DNA of 64,000 nt, from NCBI GenBank assembly GCA_964350165.1, contig CAYGJA010000001.1, positions 312,377 to 376,376 of the forward strand, in the 5' to 3' direction. The notes under the pieces are model-generated. The model made no database searches. It had not been told where the DNA came from and was given only the letters and a program-made list of their open reading frames with translations. Position 1 is the stretch's first letter. Each line of letters begins with the position of its first letter. The position numbers and the translations under genes are program-made. The DNA is from an uncultured Candidatus Saccharibacteria bacterium (lineage in GTDB: Bacteria > Patescibacteriota > Minisyncoccia > Phycocordibacterales > UBA1006). Below are positions 19,342 through 29,399 of the stretch, in pieces.

Positions 19342-20848
19342 AAAAAAGATTATCATTATCGGCGGCGGTATTGGCGGATTAGGGGCGGCTTGTTTATTAG
19401 CCAAAAAAGGTCACGACGTTACTCTTTACGAAAAAAATGAAAAACTTGGTGGTCGGGCCAATATATTTTCGGCCGAGGGCTACACTTTTGACATGGGGCC
19501 ATCCTGGTATCTTATGCCTGATATTTTTGAACATTTTTTTTCTCTTCTTGGAGAAGACATCAAAGAACACTTCCACTTACACAAACTCAGCCCGAGCTAT
19601 CGCGTTCTCTTCCCTGGCGATCCCACCCATCCTTCACTAGACATTTTTTCTGATTTAGAAAAAGACTTACCCACCCTAGAGAAATTAGAACCAGGAGTAA
19701 CACCAAAATTCAAAAAATACCTGGAGCGATCCGGAGAACAATATGAACTGGCCAAGCGCTTGTTTATGTATAGAAACTACAATTCTCCTCTAGATTTTTT
19801 GCAAAAAGACTTTATCAAGGAAGGAACCAAAATGAACCCCCTTCAAACCATGGAGCAATACCTGGACAAGTGGTTCACCGACGATCGTCTCAAAAAAATC
19901 CTTGAATATACTCTGGTTTTTCTTGGTAGTGAGCCCAAAAAAACACCAGCGCTTTATAATATTATGAATCATATTGATTTTGATATGGGGGTCTATTATC
20001 CCGAAGGTGGTATTTATGCAATCATTGAAGCCTTGGAAGCTATTGGCAAAAAAAATGGCGCAAAATTAGAAACAAACACCTCTATCAAAAAAATAATCGT
20101 TACCAACAACAAAGCAACCGGCGTGCAACTAGCCAACGATACTGTTATCGAAGCAGATATTGTTATTTCAAACGCAGACCTTTGGTTTACGGAAACTCAA
20201 TTACTCGACAAAAAACACCAAACCTACCCTGAAAAATTCTGGGAAAAACAAGTCATGGGACCATCAGCTTTTATTCTTTATCTTGGTCTTAATAAAAAAA
20301 TACCGAATCTAATCCATCACAATCTTCGTTTTGCAAAAAACTGGAAAGAGAATTTCAAAGCTATCTTTGACAAACCAGCCCTACCAGATGACCCTTCTTA
20401 TTATGTTTGTTGCCCCACCAAGACCGACACAACGATTGCCCCTCAAGACAAAGATTTGCTTTTTGTGCTTGTTCCCCTGGCGGCTGACCTCAGTGTATCC
20501 GAAGAAAAAAAGAAAGCTTTTCGAGATCAAGTAATCGCAATGATGGCCAAAGATTTTGATTTGCCAGATTTAGAATCAAGCATATCTTACGAATCATCAT
20601 ATTGGCATGAAGATTTCAAAACTGACTACAACGCTTATCGTGGTACTGCACTGGGATTAGCCCACACCCTCAAGCAGACTATCCTAAGACCAAAAAACAA
20701 AAGCAATAAAGTAAAAAACCTATACTACGTTGGAGCAGGCACCAATCCTGGCATCGGCATGCCTATTTGTCTTATTTCTTCAGAGCTTGTTTACAAACGC
20801 ATCCAAGACATCAAACATCCACATCCACTGAAAAATCTAGAAGATTAA
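19331..20848 (+). CDS. crtI: phytoene desaturase (CrtI-family FAD-dependent oxidoreductase)
   Basis: N-terminal FAD fold IIIGGGIGGLGAACLLAKKGHDVTLYEKNEKLGGRA. 505 aa. Overlaps crtB by 11 nt. Confidence 0.85.
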   Translation: MVNKKKIIIIGGGIGGLGAACLLAKKGHDVTLYEKNEKLGGRANIFSAEGYTFDMGPSWYLMPDIFEHFFSLLGEDIKEHFHLHKLSPSYRVLFPGDPTHPSLDIFSDLEKDLPTLEKLEPGVTPKFKKYLERSGEQYELAKRLFMYRNYNSPLDFLQKDFIKEGTKMNPLQTMEQYLDKWFTDDRLKKILEYTLVFLGSEPKKTPALYNIMNHIDFDMGVYYPEGGIYAIIEALEAIGKKNGAKLETNTSIKKIIVTNNKATGVQLANDTVIEADIVISNADLWFTETQLLDKKHQTYPEKFWEKQVMGPSAFILYLGLNKKIPNLIHHNLRFAKNWKENFKAIFDKPALPDDPSYYVCCPTKTDTTIAPQDKDLLFVLVPLAADLSVSEEKKKAFRDQVIAMMAKDFDLPDLESSISYESSYWHEDFKTDYNAYRGTALGLAHTLKQTILRPKNKSNKVKNLYYVGAGTNPGIGMPICLISSELVYKRIQDIKHPHPLKNLED

Positions 20849-21712
20849 ACGTGAAATTTCAGGCAACCGCAAAACAAAGGCGGCTGTCACTAAAAAGCCC
20901 ACGAGAAGATTAATCCTGGGAAACCAAGCGTAAATACGTAATAATTTTTGGTGACTCGTGACATTTTTAAAAGACAGATACATTAATCCCAGATATATCA
21001 AAGTAAAGGGCACTAACCATTTACCCACAGATACAGCAGCTAATCCTCCGGCCACAACATAAAAAACAGCTGACCACACGATTGTTGCCCTTGCACCTAA
21101 ACGGGTAGCTATCGTCTCAATACCAGACTGCTTATCTGCGATAATATCTGGCACCGCCGAATAAGCGTGCATAGCCATCGACCACAGCAATCCAGCCACA
21201 ATTCCCATGATTGGGAACCCTTGACCTCCAACCAAAAAATAGCCATACACACCCGTCACCACATAGTGGCTAGCTGAAAAAAAACTATCTAACCCTGGCC
21301 TGATTTTGGCACGAATTGGTTTGGCAGAATAAAACGTCGCAAAAAAAACAAAGAGCACCAAACTGAGCGCAGCTGGCCACGAAACAAAAAAGAACAACAA
21401 TAAAAAGGGGGTGCACGTACCCACAATCCACTTCCAGACCACAGGATGGTCTTTGGGGTACAGCAGTGCCTCGTATTCTACTTTTTTGGCATTTAGCCTA
21501 TCTGTTTCATAGTCATAAATATCGTTAATGCCATAGATAAGAATATTGGCCGGTATCAAAAAAAACAAAAGAGACCCCAAAACAGCGGGCTCGAAAAGAT
21601 GTTCAGATGTCAGCCCTCCAGCAAACATACCCAGCACCAATGTGCCTACTTCGTACACCCAAAAACGCGGACGAGAAATAACGAGTATTTTTTTTAGCCA
21701 GCTACTTGTCAT
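20837..21712 (-). CDS. UbiA-family prenyltransferase (possible carotenoid/lycopene elongase-type or other polyprenyl transferase)
   Basis: Multi-TM protein with the UbiA motif NDIYDYETDRLN. Convergent with crtI, overlapping by 12 nt. Confidence 0.7.
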   Translation of the reverse strand: MTSSWLKKILVISRPRFWVYEVGTLVLGMFAGGLTSEHLFEPAVLGSLLFFLIPANILIYGINDIYDYETDRLNAKKVEYEALLYPKDHPVVWKWIVGTCTPFLLLFFFVSWPAALSLVLFVFFATFYSAKPIRAKIRPGLDSFFSASHYVVTGVYGYFLVGGQGFPIMGIVAGLLWSMAMHAYSAVPDIIADKQSGIETIATRLGARATIVWSAVFYVVAGGLAAVSVGKWLVPFTLIYLGLMYLSFKNVTSHQKLLRIYAWFPRINLLVGFLVTAAFVLRLPEISRLIF

Positions 21713-22515
21713 CACATCACGAACAAACCAGCCAATAATGTCATTATTCCAAACACAAGCACGAACAAACCGAACTTAATTTTTTCCGCCAAACGCATCA
21801 GTACATGAATGGTAAGCAATCCAAACACAAAAGCAGACAAAAGTCCGACTACACTTTCCGGTGTTATTACTCCTCTTTCAAAATTAAGAAGAATATTACC
21901 TCCCAAAACAATAGGGAGACTCATAATAAAAGAAAGCTGTAGAGCGTTCTTTTTCGCCACTCCCAACAAAAGAAGTAGTGAAACTGTAGTCCCCGAACGC
22001 GACACTCCAGGCAAAGCAGCTAAAGCCTGACCAAAACCAGTAACAACCGCGTCTTTGATTGTTAACCTTTGGTTTTGACGCTCTTTTCTTTTTGTTCTGG
22101 CAAATTGTAGCGCGGCTGTGAACAAGAGCATCACTCCCACCATAATGGTTATGACTCTTCCTGCTATCTCAAAATCAAAAGTCAACGACTCAAGCAATCG
22201 AAGCAGGGCGTACCCAAAACCGCCAGAAATAAGCGTAGCAATAACATAAAACCTCAACTCTTCTCGGGTTGTCTGATTTTGTTTTGACCACTGAAAGCAG
22301 GCCTGCACCAACCTGAAAACTTCTAGACGAAAATAAACAATTGCAGCCAAAAACGTTCCGAGATGAAAAAAAAGAGCAGTTCGAATCAGCGACTGAATAT
22401 TCGACTCCCCCAGCCAGTGAACCTGAGCCAACACCAAAACAGCCTCTGAACTAAAAGGCAACCACTCTACAACCCCCTGCAGGGCCCCCAGTACTATGTG
22501 CTCGATCATAACCAC
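21712..22515 (-). CDS. uppP: undecaprenyl-diphosphatase
   Basis: BacA motifs VVEWLPFSSEA and PGVSRSGTTVS. 267 aa. Confidence 0.85.
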   Translation of the reverse strand: MVMIEHIVLGALQGVVEWLPFSSEAVLVLAQVHWLGESNIQSLIRTALFFHLGTFLAAIVYFRLEVFRLVQACFQWSKQNQTTREELRFYVIATLISGGFGYALLRLLESLTFDFEIAGRVITIMVGVMLLFTAALQFARTKRKERQNQRLTIKDAVVTGFGQALAALPGVSRSGTTVSLLLLLGVAKKNALQLSFIMSLPIVLGGNILLNFERGVITPESVVGLLSAFVFGLLTIHVLMRLAEKIKFGLFVLVFGIMTLLAGLFVM

Positions 22516-22536
22516 AGTATACCAACAACCCTGACA

Positions 22537-23787
22537 CTATCCGAGTAAACCACGAAAATCCATGGCTGTATTAATTTCTAGCAAAGCTTTTCCAAAAGCG
22601 GCTTGTCGCAAGGTTATGTTTTTTTCTTGCGATAGATTCCAAACGTCAGAAAAAGCAACTTTCATTTTTGCTTGTAATTTTTCTTGGATTTCTGTTTCTG
22701 TCCAATACCACTGCTGTCGGTTCTGAACCCACTCAAAATAACTAACGAGCACACCCCCAGAATTAGCAAGAATATCAGGAACAACCACCACACCCTTCTC
22801 TGCCAGAACCCGATCGGCTTCCGGAGTAATTGGACCATTGGCAAGTTCCAAGATTATTTGTGCTTGAATATTCTGGACGTTGTCTTTGGTGATTACTCCG
22901 TCTAGAGCGGCTGGCACCAAAATATCAACTGGCAAAACAAGGAACTCTTCACTGGTAACCACTTTTATTTTTCCTGCTTCTGCAGTATTCACGACTGATC
23001 CTTTTTCTTGTTTGATGGCAAAAACAGACTCAGGATCAAGTCCACCCTCATCATATATCCCTCCTTGGCTATCAGCCACGGCCACCACAGAAAAACCAAG
23101 CCCATGCAATAACTTGGCCACCAAATAACCAGCGTTACCAAACCCTTGTATAGCTACAGTTGATTTTTTGCCGAGCAAGCCCTTCTTTGTCAACAGTTCT
23201 TCCAGGGCATACACCCCACCTTGAGCTGTAGCACTGGCTCGACCCAAGCTGCCGCCCAGGACAATCGGCTTTCCCGTGATTACACCAGGCTGACTCTTGC
23301 CTATCACTTGCTCATATTCATCTAACATCCAAGACATAATTTGTGCATTTGTATAAACATCAGGCGCTGGAATGTCTTTGTCGACCCCGACATGGTTAGA
23401 CATGGCACGCATCCAAGCGCGCGAGATTTGTTGTATTTCTTTTGAAGAAAGTTCTTTGGAGTTAACTTGGACACCACCCTTGGCGCCACCAAAAGGAATA
23501 GCAATTACGGCGCACTTTATGGTCATGAGCGCGGCTAGGGCTTTTACTTCATCTTGGTCTGCGTCAGGATGAAAGCGAATTCCACCCTTATAAGGACCCC
23601 GAGCATTATTAAACTGAACTCGATAAGCAGACAAGGACTGCTCCCCTCCCTGATCAGATTGATACATGATTTCTTTTTCAATGATTTGATTTGGCTGAGA
23701 CAAAGCAGACACAAGATTGTCAGAGAGATTGAAAATCTTGGCAGTGGTGCGCAGGTTGTCTAGGTAGTTTTGAAAAGGTGTTTTCAT
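22537..23787 (-). CDS. gdhA: Glu/Leu/Phe/Val dehydrogenase (glutamate dehydrogenase)
   Basis: IPFGGAKGGVQVN catalytic-lysine motif and GFGNAGYLVAKLL Rossmann motif. Confidence 0.9.
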   Translation of the reverse strand: MKTPFQNYLDNLRTTAKIFNLSDNLVSALSQPNQIIEKEIMYQSDQGGEQSLSAYRVQFNNARGPYKGGIRFHPDADQDEVKALAALMTIKCAVIAIPFGGAKGGVQVNSKELSSKEIQQISRAWMRAMSNHVGVDKDIPAPDVYTNAQIMSWMLDEYEQVIGKSQPGVITGKPIVLGGSLGRASATAQGGVYALEELLTKKGLLGKKSTVAIQGFGNAGYLVAKLLHGLGFSVVAVADSQGGIYDEGGLDPESVFAIKQEKGSVVNTAEAGKIKVVTSEEFLVLPVDILVPAALDGVITKDNVQNIQAQIILELANGPITPEADRVLAEKGVVVVPDILANSGGVLVSYFEWVQNRQQWYWTETEIQEKLQAKMKVAFSDVWNLSQEKNITLRQAAFGKALLEINTAMDFRGLLG

Positions 23788-23840
23788 AGATAAAAATTAT
23801 TTGCTTGCTTACTATAACAAATCAGCGCCTCCTTGGTGTC

Positions 23841-23871
23841 AAAAAACCCAGCGTAACTCGCCGGGTTTTTT
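23841..23871 (-). terminator. imperfect hairpin flanked by an A-tract and a T-tract, downstream of the 111-aa gene
   Basis: aaaaaacccagcg-taact-cgccgggtttttt. Confidence 0.4.
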
Positions 23872-23893
23872 ATTAAAAGGACCCTAGTGCCTC

Positions 23894-24229
23894 TTACGAA
23901 GAATCAACCATCTCCTTCGCATAAAATGCATCCAGGGCTTCTTCGGCTGCTTTGGGGTCGCCTTCTGGGGCCCATCTCCCCTTCCAGAAAAAAACCTGGA
24001 ATCTAAAGATGTTTTTCCTCCAAATGTGACCCTTAATGTTCACCGTGACCTCTGGGAGTAAACCGGCAGAACCATACTCCACCGAAACTCTTACCAAGCT
24101 AGAGTCCCGCTGAATCAGAGCCTCTATTTTTTGGGAATCTGAGGGTCCCCAAAATTGGGCACGTCCGGAAGACATGATTAGGAGCAGTGCCGTAATCAGC
24201 ACAATGCTCCTTTTTTTTATTTTCTTCAT
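23894..24229 (-). CDS. hypothetical secreted protein (111 aa, signal peptide)
   Basis: MKKIKKRSIVLITALLLIMSSGRAQ then a soluble domain. Confidence 0.5.
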   Translation of the reverse strand: MKKIKKRSIVLITALLLIMSSGRAQFWGPSDSQKIEALIQRDSSLVRVSVEYGSAGLLPEVTVNIKGHIWRKNIFRFQVFFWKGRWAPEGDPKAAEEALDAFYAKEMVDSS

Positions 24230-24307
24230 GAGAAAAAAAATTAAAAGGTTCCCTTAGAAAATGCAATACACAGGTACAATCGTCAACTTTACGCCAGCAA
24301 GCAGGTG

Positions 24308-24354
24308 TGGCCAAACAAAAAACAGCCTTTTGGGCTGTTTTTTGTTTGGCCACG
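24308..24354. terminator. 21-bp perfect hairpin (loop TTTTG) with internal A-tract and T-tract; probable bidirectional terminator
   Basis: gtggccaaacaaaaaacagcc-ttttg-ggctgttttttgtttggccac. Confidence 0.55.
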
Positions 24355-24370
24355 ATACTCGGAGCAAAAA

Positions 24371-24538
24371 ACTAGGATTGGAGCTGAAGCTCACGCTGAC
24401 CATATCCGTGTTTCATTTTCTTGCCTGGAAAATCAATGCCCGATGTTTCGATAAGTGTCCGAGCTTGCTCGTATTCTCCTGACTGACGCAAAGCTTTGGC
24501 TTCGTCAAGGATGGCTCTATCTTCGTCCGACAACGTTT
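24371..24538 (-). pseudogene. startless, frame-shifted tandem duplicate of the C-terminal module of the upstream 98-aa secreted protein
   Basis: The minus-strand -1 frame reads (L)SDEDRAILDEAKALRQSGEYEQARTLIETSGIDFPGKKMKHGYGQRELQLQS*, homologous to LTPEQKAVAEQARELHQAGNHEEARALMEASDIELPAPHFGQKGERGELF* of 24539-24835. No ATG; only TTG. Confidence 0.45.
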
Positions 24539-24835
24539 CTAGAAAAGTTCGCCCCGCTCTCCCTTTTGACCAAAATGAGGTGCGGGTAATTCTATGTCAG
24601 AAGCCTCCATGAGTGCTCGCGCTTCTTCATGATTGCCGGCCTGATGCAATTCTCGAGCTTGTTCTGCTACTGCTTTCTGTTCTGGAGTTAAATTTTCAAA
24701 AAATGGAGCATGCTCTGCTCTTCCAATTCCTCGATTGTCTTCTGACGGGAAGGCGGCTTGCGTAACTCCCACAGAGCCAAGGACGGCCCCCAAAACCAGG
24801 GCACTAATAACTAAAGGTTTGTTGATGTTTTTCAT
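24539..24835 (-). CDS. hypothetical secreted protein (98 aa, signal peptide)
   Basis: MKNINKPLVISALVLGAVLGSVGVTQA signal peptide. Immediately downstream of the membrane gene, with a 1-nt gap. Confidence 0.5.
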   Translation of the reverse strand: MKNINKPLVISALVLGAVLGSVGVTQAAFPSEDNRGIGRAEHAPFFENLTPEQKAVAEQARELHQAGNHEEARALMEASDIELPAPHFGQKGERGELF

Positions 24836-24836
24836 A

Positions 24837-25679
24837 TTACTGATTGATTAAAGTGTCTTCGTAATGAAGCCCGGCCGAGCCACACTTTATAGTACGCAGG
24901 AAATCTTTTTTTCTTTCAACTTTAAACAATATGTCTTTTTTGTTTTTACCAAACCCACCCCCTGGAACAGGAAATTCTTTTGGGCCTCCTCGCAAAAAGA
25001 AAGGAGAAACTCGACAAGCACCAAAAGTGTCTTCGTCAACAGAATAACCAATAACGCGAACCATTCGAAAATCATCCAAAGCTCGCTGGCTCGGCTCGTG
25101 CTCCACCAACATATACACTTGCCACTCTTTTCCACCGGGAGTCATTACCACAACCCGACCATCCTCGAGATGTTCATTAACAATTCCCACCAACAAACCA
25201 TCCTCTGCACTATTCTCGAATAATATCTTTTGTTCCAAAACAGTTTGATATCTTGGGAAATGTTTATCGGTAATTTTTTCAACAACATAGCCGACTCCCA
25301 AAAAATACAGAACTAGGCCAAAAACGAAACTAGCAAGCAAATGAACACTCACGAGCACAACGAATGAATAGCGGTATCCCTTGTCAGTACGACGAACACC
25401 CATCTCGGCCACAATCAAGAAAACAAGGAAGACAATTATCCAGATATATGGCGCAACGCTGGCAAACAAGGACAATCTCGAGACTCCGGCTGCTACAAGA
25501 AAGCTTTTTCCATGATTAACAAAAATAAAAATACTTACTGCCACGGAAAGGGCTCCAACCACAGTGGCCACCATCCCTGTTGCCCAAAAAAAACCATTTT
25601 TCAATAAAAAAACATATCGAGGAGTAGGTTCCTTTTCCTTTATTTTCTCTTGAATTATTTTTTGTAAATTATTGTTCAT
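24837..25679 (-). CDS. multi-pass membrane protein co-transcribed with the ECF sigma factor (putative anti-sigma factor)
   Basis: About four TM helices plus an extracytoplasmic C-domain. Start overlaps the sigma-factor stop by 11 nt. Confidence 0.4.
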   Translation of the reverse strand: MNNNLQKIIQEKIKEKEPTPRYVFLLKNGFFWATGMVATVVGALSVAVSIFIFVNHGKSFLVAAGVSRLSLFASVAPYIWIIVFLVFLIVAEMGVRRTDKGYRYSFVVLVSVHLLASFVFGLVLYFLGVGYVVEKITDKHFPRYQTVLEQKILFENSAEDGLLVGIVNEHLEDGRVVVMTPGGKEWQVYMLVEHEPSQRALDDFRMVRVIGYSVDEDTFGACRVSPFFLRGGPKEFPVPGGGFGKNKKDILFKVERKKDFLRTIKCGSAGLHYEDTLINQ

Positions 25680-26265
25680 GGTGATTGGGATTATGTTCTT
25701 CCAATGCCAATTTCAGCTTTTTTTTAGCCCGATGAATAAGGGTGGCGATTGTTCCTGGTGGCTTCTTGATAATGTCACCGATCTCTTCATAGCTATGGCC
25801 CTCAAGAAATTTTAAAACAAGAACTTGCCGATACTTGTGATCAATAGTCGCCAAAGCTTGTTGCAAAAGCAGGGCGTCTATTTTTGTATCGAGAGATTCT
25901 TCTAGCGAGAAACTGTCGCCAAACTCATTCAGATCTCCATCTTCGAGCTCGTATCGGTTGCCTTCTGGTCTTCGTGAATATTTACGATACCGACTCACGG
26001 TTTCGTTGTAAGCAATACGATATATCCAAGTAGAAAACCTCAGCCCACTATCAAAACCACGCAGATTAATATAGGTTTTCACAAAAACATCTTGCAAAAT
26101 ATCAACCACGTCTTCTTCGGATACACTGGTAATCCTCCTAATATACCGCCTCAGCTTTTCTTGATAGCGCTCAATAATGTATCCAAAAAAATCTTTGTTT
26201 TGCAAAGAAAGAGCGACCAATTTTTCGTCAGTTATCTCAACATTCACCGGCCCTTTTTCGCCCAT
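25669..26265 (-). CDS. ECF-type RNA polymerase sigma-70 family factor
   Basis: Region 2 (FSTWIYRIAYNE) and region 4 HTH (SYEEIGDIIKKPPGTIATLIHRAKKKL). 198 aa. Confidence 0.8.
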   Translation of the reverse strand: MGEKGPVNVEITDEKLVALSLQNKDFFGYIIERYQEKLRRYIRRITSVSEEDVVDILQDVFVKTYINLRGFDSGLRFSTWIYRIAYNETVSRYRKYSRRPEGNRYELEDGDLNEFGDSFSLEESLDTKIDALLLQQALATIDHKYRQVLVLKFLEGHSYEEIGDIIKKPPGTIATLIHRAKKKLKLALEEHNPNHHEQ

Positions 26266-26287
26266 AATTATTAGTACGCAAGCATTG

Positions 26288-29200
26288 CTATTTTTCTTTC
26301 ATTTTTTGATTTTGTTTTACTAGGCTTTTTCGATAAAGAACAGGTATCAGCACCAACGTCAAAAGAACGGCAAAAGAAAGTCCAAAAATAATAGACCAAG
26401 CCAACGGTGCCCAAATAGCTGATGCATAAGTAAGCGGAACCACTCCCACAACCGTAGTAAGTGTTGTGAGCAAGATTGGACGCAAACGTTGTACTGCACC
26501 CTCGATTGCAATCTTTTTTGGAGACCAGTCTGGATTTTTTGCGTGCAGGCTATTCATGACATCAATCAAAATGATTGAATTATTCACAGCAATACCAGCG
26601 ACCGCAATGAATCCCATAATAGAAGGAAACGAAACTGCTTGACGAGACAATGCTAGTCCGACAAAAATACCAATCAAAATAAATGGCAGAATAGAGATAA
26701 TGATAAAAGCTTGTCGGAAGGAATTAAACTGAATTACTAATACGGCAACAATAAGTAAAACTCCATAAATAAGCGCAAAACCAAGATCAACAAAAGATTG
26801 ATTTGTTTCTTCGTTCTCGCCTCCAAAATCAATTTCAACCCCAGCTGGTAGAGATATTTTTTCTTGAATTTCTTTTTGCAAAAGCGTCGTGACTTCTCGC
26901 ACGTTGTATCCATCATCAAGATCAGCCGTTACGTCTATTTTTCGTTTTTGATCTTTGCGGTCAATCTTTGCGTTTGCTTTTACGATATCTGAACTCAAAA
27001 CAGTTCCGAGTAATATATCCTCTCCTGAACGATTCTTGATGGTTAGGTTTTCAATAGTATCAATAGTGGTTTCCACGTTACTACGCAAGTCAATTGTTCT
27101 GTCATTCAAACCAAGGCGAACACGAACGTCAATGTCTTCTCCACCAAAACGAATCGCAGTAGCATCAAATCCGTACACAGCATTTCTCAAGAACGACCCA
27201 ACCGTAGCCACATCAAGCCCAGCTGCAACGGCTCGTTGTCGGTCAATAGTGAGAACAAAATCAACCCCATCATCCTCTAGGCTAGTATTAATGTCTCGAA
27301 CCCCTTCAATATCAGCTAAAAGAGCAACTGTCTGTTCCGCCACTAACCCAAGAGGCTCCGCGTCTTGTCCCAAAAAAGTAACCGAAATAGGGTCTCCTAC
27401 TGGTGGACCAGAAGATAGCTCGGCAATCCGAACATCTGCCTGGGGTGCGGCTTTTTCTATTTCTTTTCTAATCTGCTCGGCCGCTTTTGTGCCGGTACGC
27501 TTGCGGTTCTTGCTCAAAATCACAGAAATATTGGCCTTACTAGAGCCACTGTCGCCATCAGTAAAAGAAGAAAGTGCTCCGACGGTGGTCACAAAAGCCT
27601 CAACATCAGGCTGAGCCAAAAGAACAGTTTCTGCCTCTCTAACCGATGCATCAGTTACCGACAAAATCGTTCCCTGTTTTTGTTCAATATTAATAAACAA
27701 ATACTCAGAATCTTCTCCGGGAAAAAATACTGTTTTTACTAGCCCCGTGGCAGGCAAAAACAAACTCACCACCAGCAGAACAATGATCCCCCTCTGGAAA
27801 CGTTTTTCTTTTTGCTTGTTACCAACAATACTGCTCAAGCGAGAGCGATACCAATCCTGAATTTGTTCGGTTATCTGGCGACGACGAACAGCGAACTTGG
27901 AATCAGCTTTATCGGTAATACGCAAAAATCGTTGCGCAAAAACAGGCAAAAGCGCCAGAGCCACAAAGAGAGATGCCACCAAAACGAATATCATTGTAAA
28001 CGGAATACTGGCAATAAATTTTCCGGTTACCCCAGAAATAAAGAACAGCGGGAAAAACACAGCCACGGTGGTCATCGTTCCGGCAACTACCGGCCAGTGT
28101 AATTCTTTGATTGCTTGTAGGGTTGCTTTTTTGGGAGGCAGTCCATCTCTAAGATTGGTATAAATCCCCTCGGTCACCACAATCGCAGAGTCAACCAGAA
28201 TTCCTACTGCCAAAATCAAAGAAAACAGACTTACGAAATTAATAGTATTACCAGAACCATTCAAGCCAATAAAAGCAATCAGAAATGAAATCGGTATCGC
28301 AAAACCAGCCAACAAAGCCTCTCTTGTTCCCAAGGCCACCATCAAAACAATCACAACCAACAGTACCGTCTGAAGACCCGAACTAGATAGTTGTCGCAAA
28401 TCATCACGGACATCATCTCCGGTATTAAACAAAATAAAAGTTTCTGATTCTGACAGTTCTGTTTCTTTCAGGGTTTCTATTTTTGCAACCACCTCATTGG
28501 CAACTCGGGTAACATCAGACCCGGCCTGTTTGAATACAGAAAAGGAAATTGCTTGCTGAGGAGCCTGACCATCAAGACTCAGTCGGGCCAAGCTATCAGT
28601 TGAACCTAGACCGTCAGAAACAAAAGCAACGTCCCTAACATACACAGGGACCCCACCTCGTGTCGTAATCGGAACATCGCGAATCATTGAAACGTCAGCA
28701 ATTTCACCTTCAAAATTAACCGCATATTGAATACCTCCAACAGTGATTCCCCCAACTGGCAAAGACTGATTAGCAGACCGAATAGCCGCAACTAATTCTG
28801 AAAGACCAATATCATAACGTTCCAATTTTTCACGCTCAGCAATAATCTGAACTTCTCGACCAGCCACACCACTGCTGGCGACACGAGAAACTCCCGGAAT
28901 TCTTTCTATCTCGTTTTCAACAAAATCAGCCAAAGACAGCAGATCAACCAAAGGAAGTTGGCTAGATACCGAAAATTCAACAATAGGCTGGTCTACAAAG
29001 TTAACCTCTGCCACGTTGGGGTCGGTGGCGTCACTCGGCAGCCCCGTAACTTTGTCCACCTCGTCTTTTGCTTCCTGAATCGAATCATCCAGATTAGCAC
29101 TCGGTAAAAACTCTGCCACAACTACGGAGACTCCTTCGCGTGATGTAGAGGTGATTTGTTTTATTTCGGACAAACCGCTCGCCAACTGGTCTTCGATGGG

Positions 29201-29398
29201 GATGGAAAGCAACTGCTCAACGTCTTCAGCAGAAGCACCAGGCAGTACAGTGGTTACCACCGCAATCGGAATACGAACTTCTGGCGCTGATTCTTTAGGA
29301 ATAGCAACCAGAGCGCCAAAACCAACAAGCAAAAGAGCCACCGTCAACAGATAGGTGAAGTTAAATTTTTCTATAAAAAATTTCCAGAAACTATACAT
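26288..29398 (-). CDS. RND efflux transporter permease (AcrB/HAE family)
   Basis: 1036 aa, 12-TM two-loop architecture typical of the AcrB family. Confidence 0.85.
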   Translation of the reverse strand: MYSFWKFFIEKFNFTYLLTVALLLVGFGALVAIPKESAPEVRIPIAVVTTVLPGASAEDVEQLLSIPIEDQLASGLSEIKQITSTSREGVSVVVAEFLPSANLDDSIQEAKDEVDKVTGLPSDATDPNVAEVNFVDQPIVEFSVSSQLPLVDLLSLADFVENEIERIPGVSRVASSGVAGREVQIIAEREKLERYDIGLSELVAAIRSANQSLPVGGITVGGIQYAVNFEGEIADVSMIRDVPITTRGGVPVYVRDVAFVSDGLGSTDSLARLSLDGQAPQQAISFSVFKQAGSDVTRVANEVVAKIETLKETELSESETFILFNTGDDVRDDLRQLSSSGLQTVLLVVIVLMVALGTREALLAGFAIPISFLIAFIGLNGSGNTINFVSLFSLILAVGILVDSAIVVTEGIYTNLRDGLPPKKATLQAIKELHWPVVAGTMTTVAVFFPLFFISGVTGKFIASIPFTMIFVLVASLFVALALLPVFAQRFLRITDKADSKFAVRRRQITEQIQDWYRSRLSSIVGNKQKEKRFQRGIIVLLVVSLFLPATGLVKTVFFPGEDSEYLFINIEQKQGTILSVTDASVREAETVLLAQPDVEAFVTTVGALSSFTDGDSGSSKANISVILSKNRKRTGTKAAEQIRKEIEKAAPQADVRIAELSSGPPVGDPISVTFLGQDAEPLGLVAEQTVALLADIEGVRDINTSLEDDGVDFVLTIDRQRAVAAGLDVATVGSFLRNAVYGFDATAIRFGGEDIDVRVRLGLNDRTIDLRSNVETTIDTIENLTIKNRSGEDILLGTVLSSDIVKANAKIDRKDQKRKIDVTADLDDGYNVREVTTLLQKEIQEKISLPAGVEIDFGGENEETNQSFVDLGFALIYGVLLIVAVLVIQFNSFRQAFIIISILPFILIGIFVGLALSRQAVSFPSIMGFIAVAGIAVNNSIILIDVMNSLHAKNPDWSPKKIAIEGAVQRLRPILLTTLTTVVGVVPLTYASAIWAPLAWSIIFGLSFAVLLTLVLIPVLYRKSLVKQNQKMKEK

Positions 29399-29399
29399 A

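Noticed and set aside
26955-27614. 219-aa plus-strand ORF inside the RND transporter gene
   Set aside because: Antisense to a 1036-aa ORF with the clear AcrB-family architecture. Ser/Arg-rich, low-complexity translation typical of a GC-skewed shadow frame.
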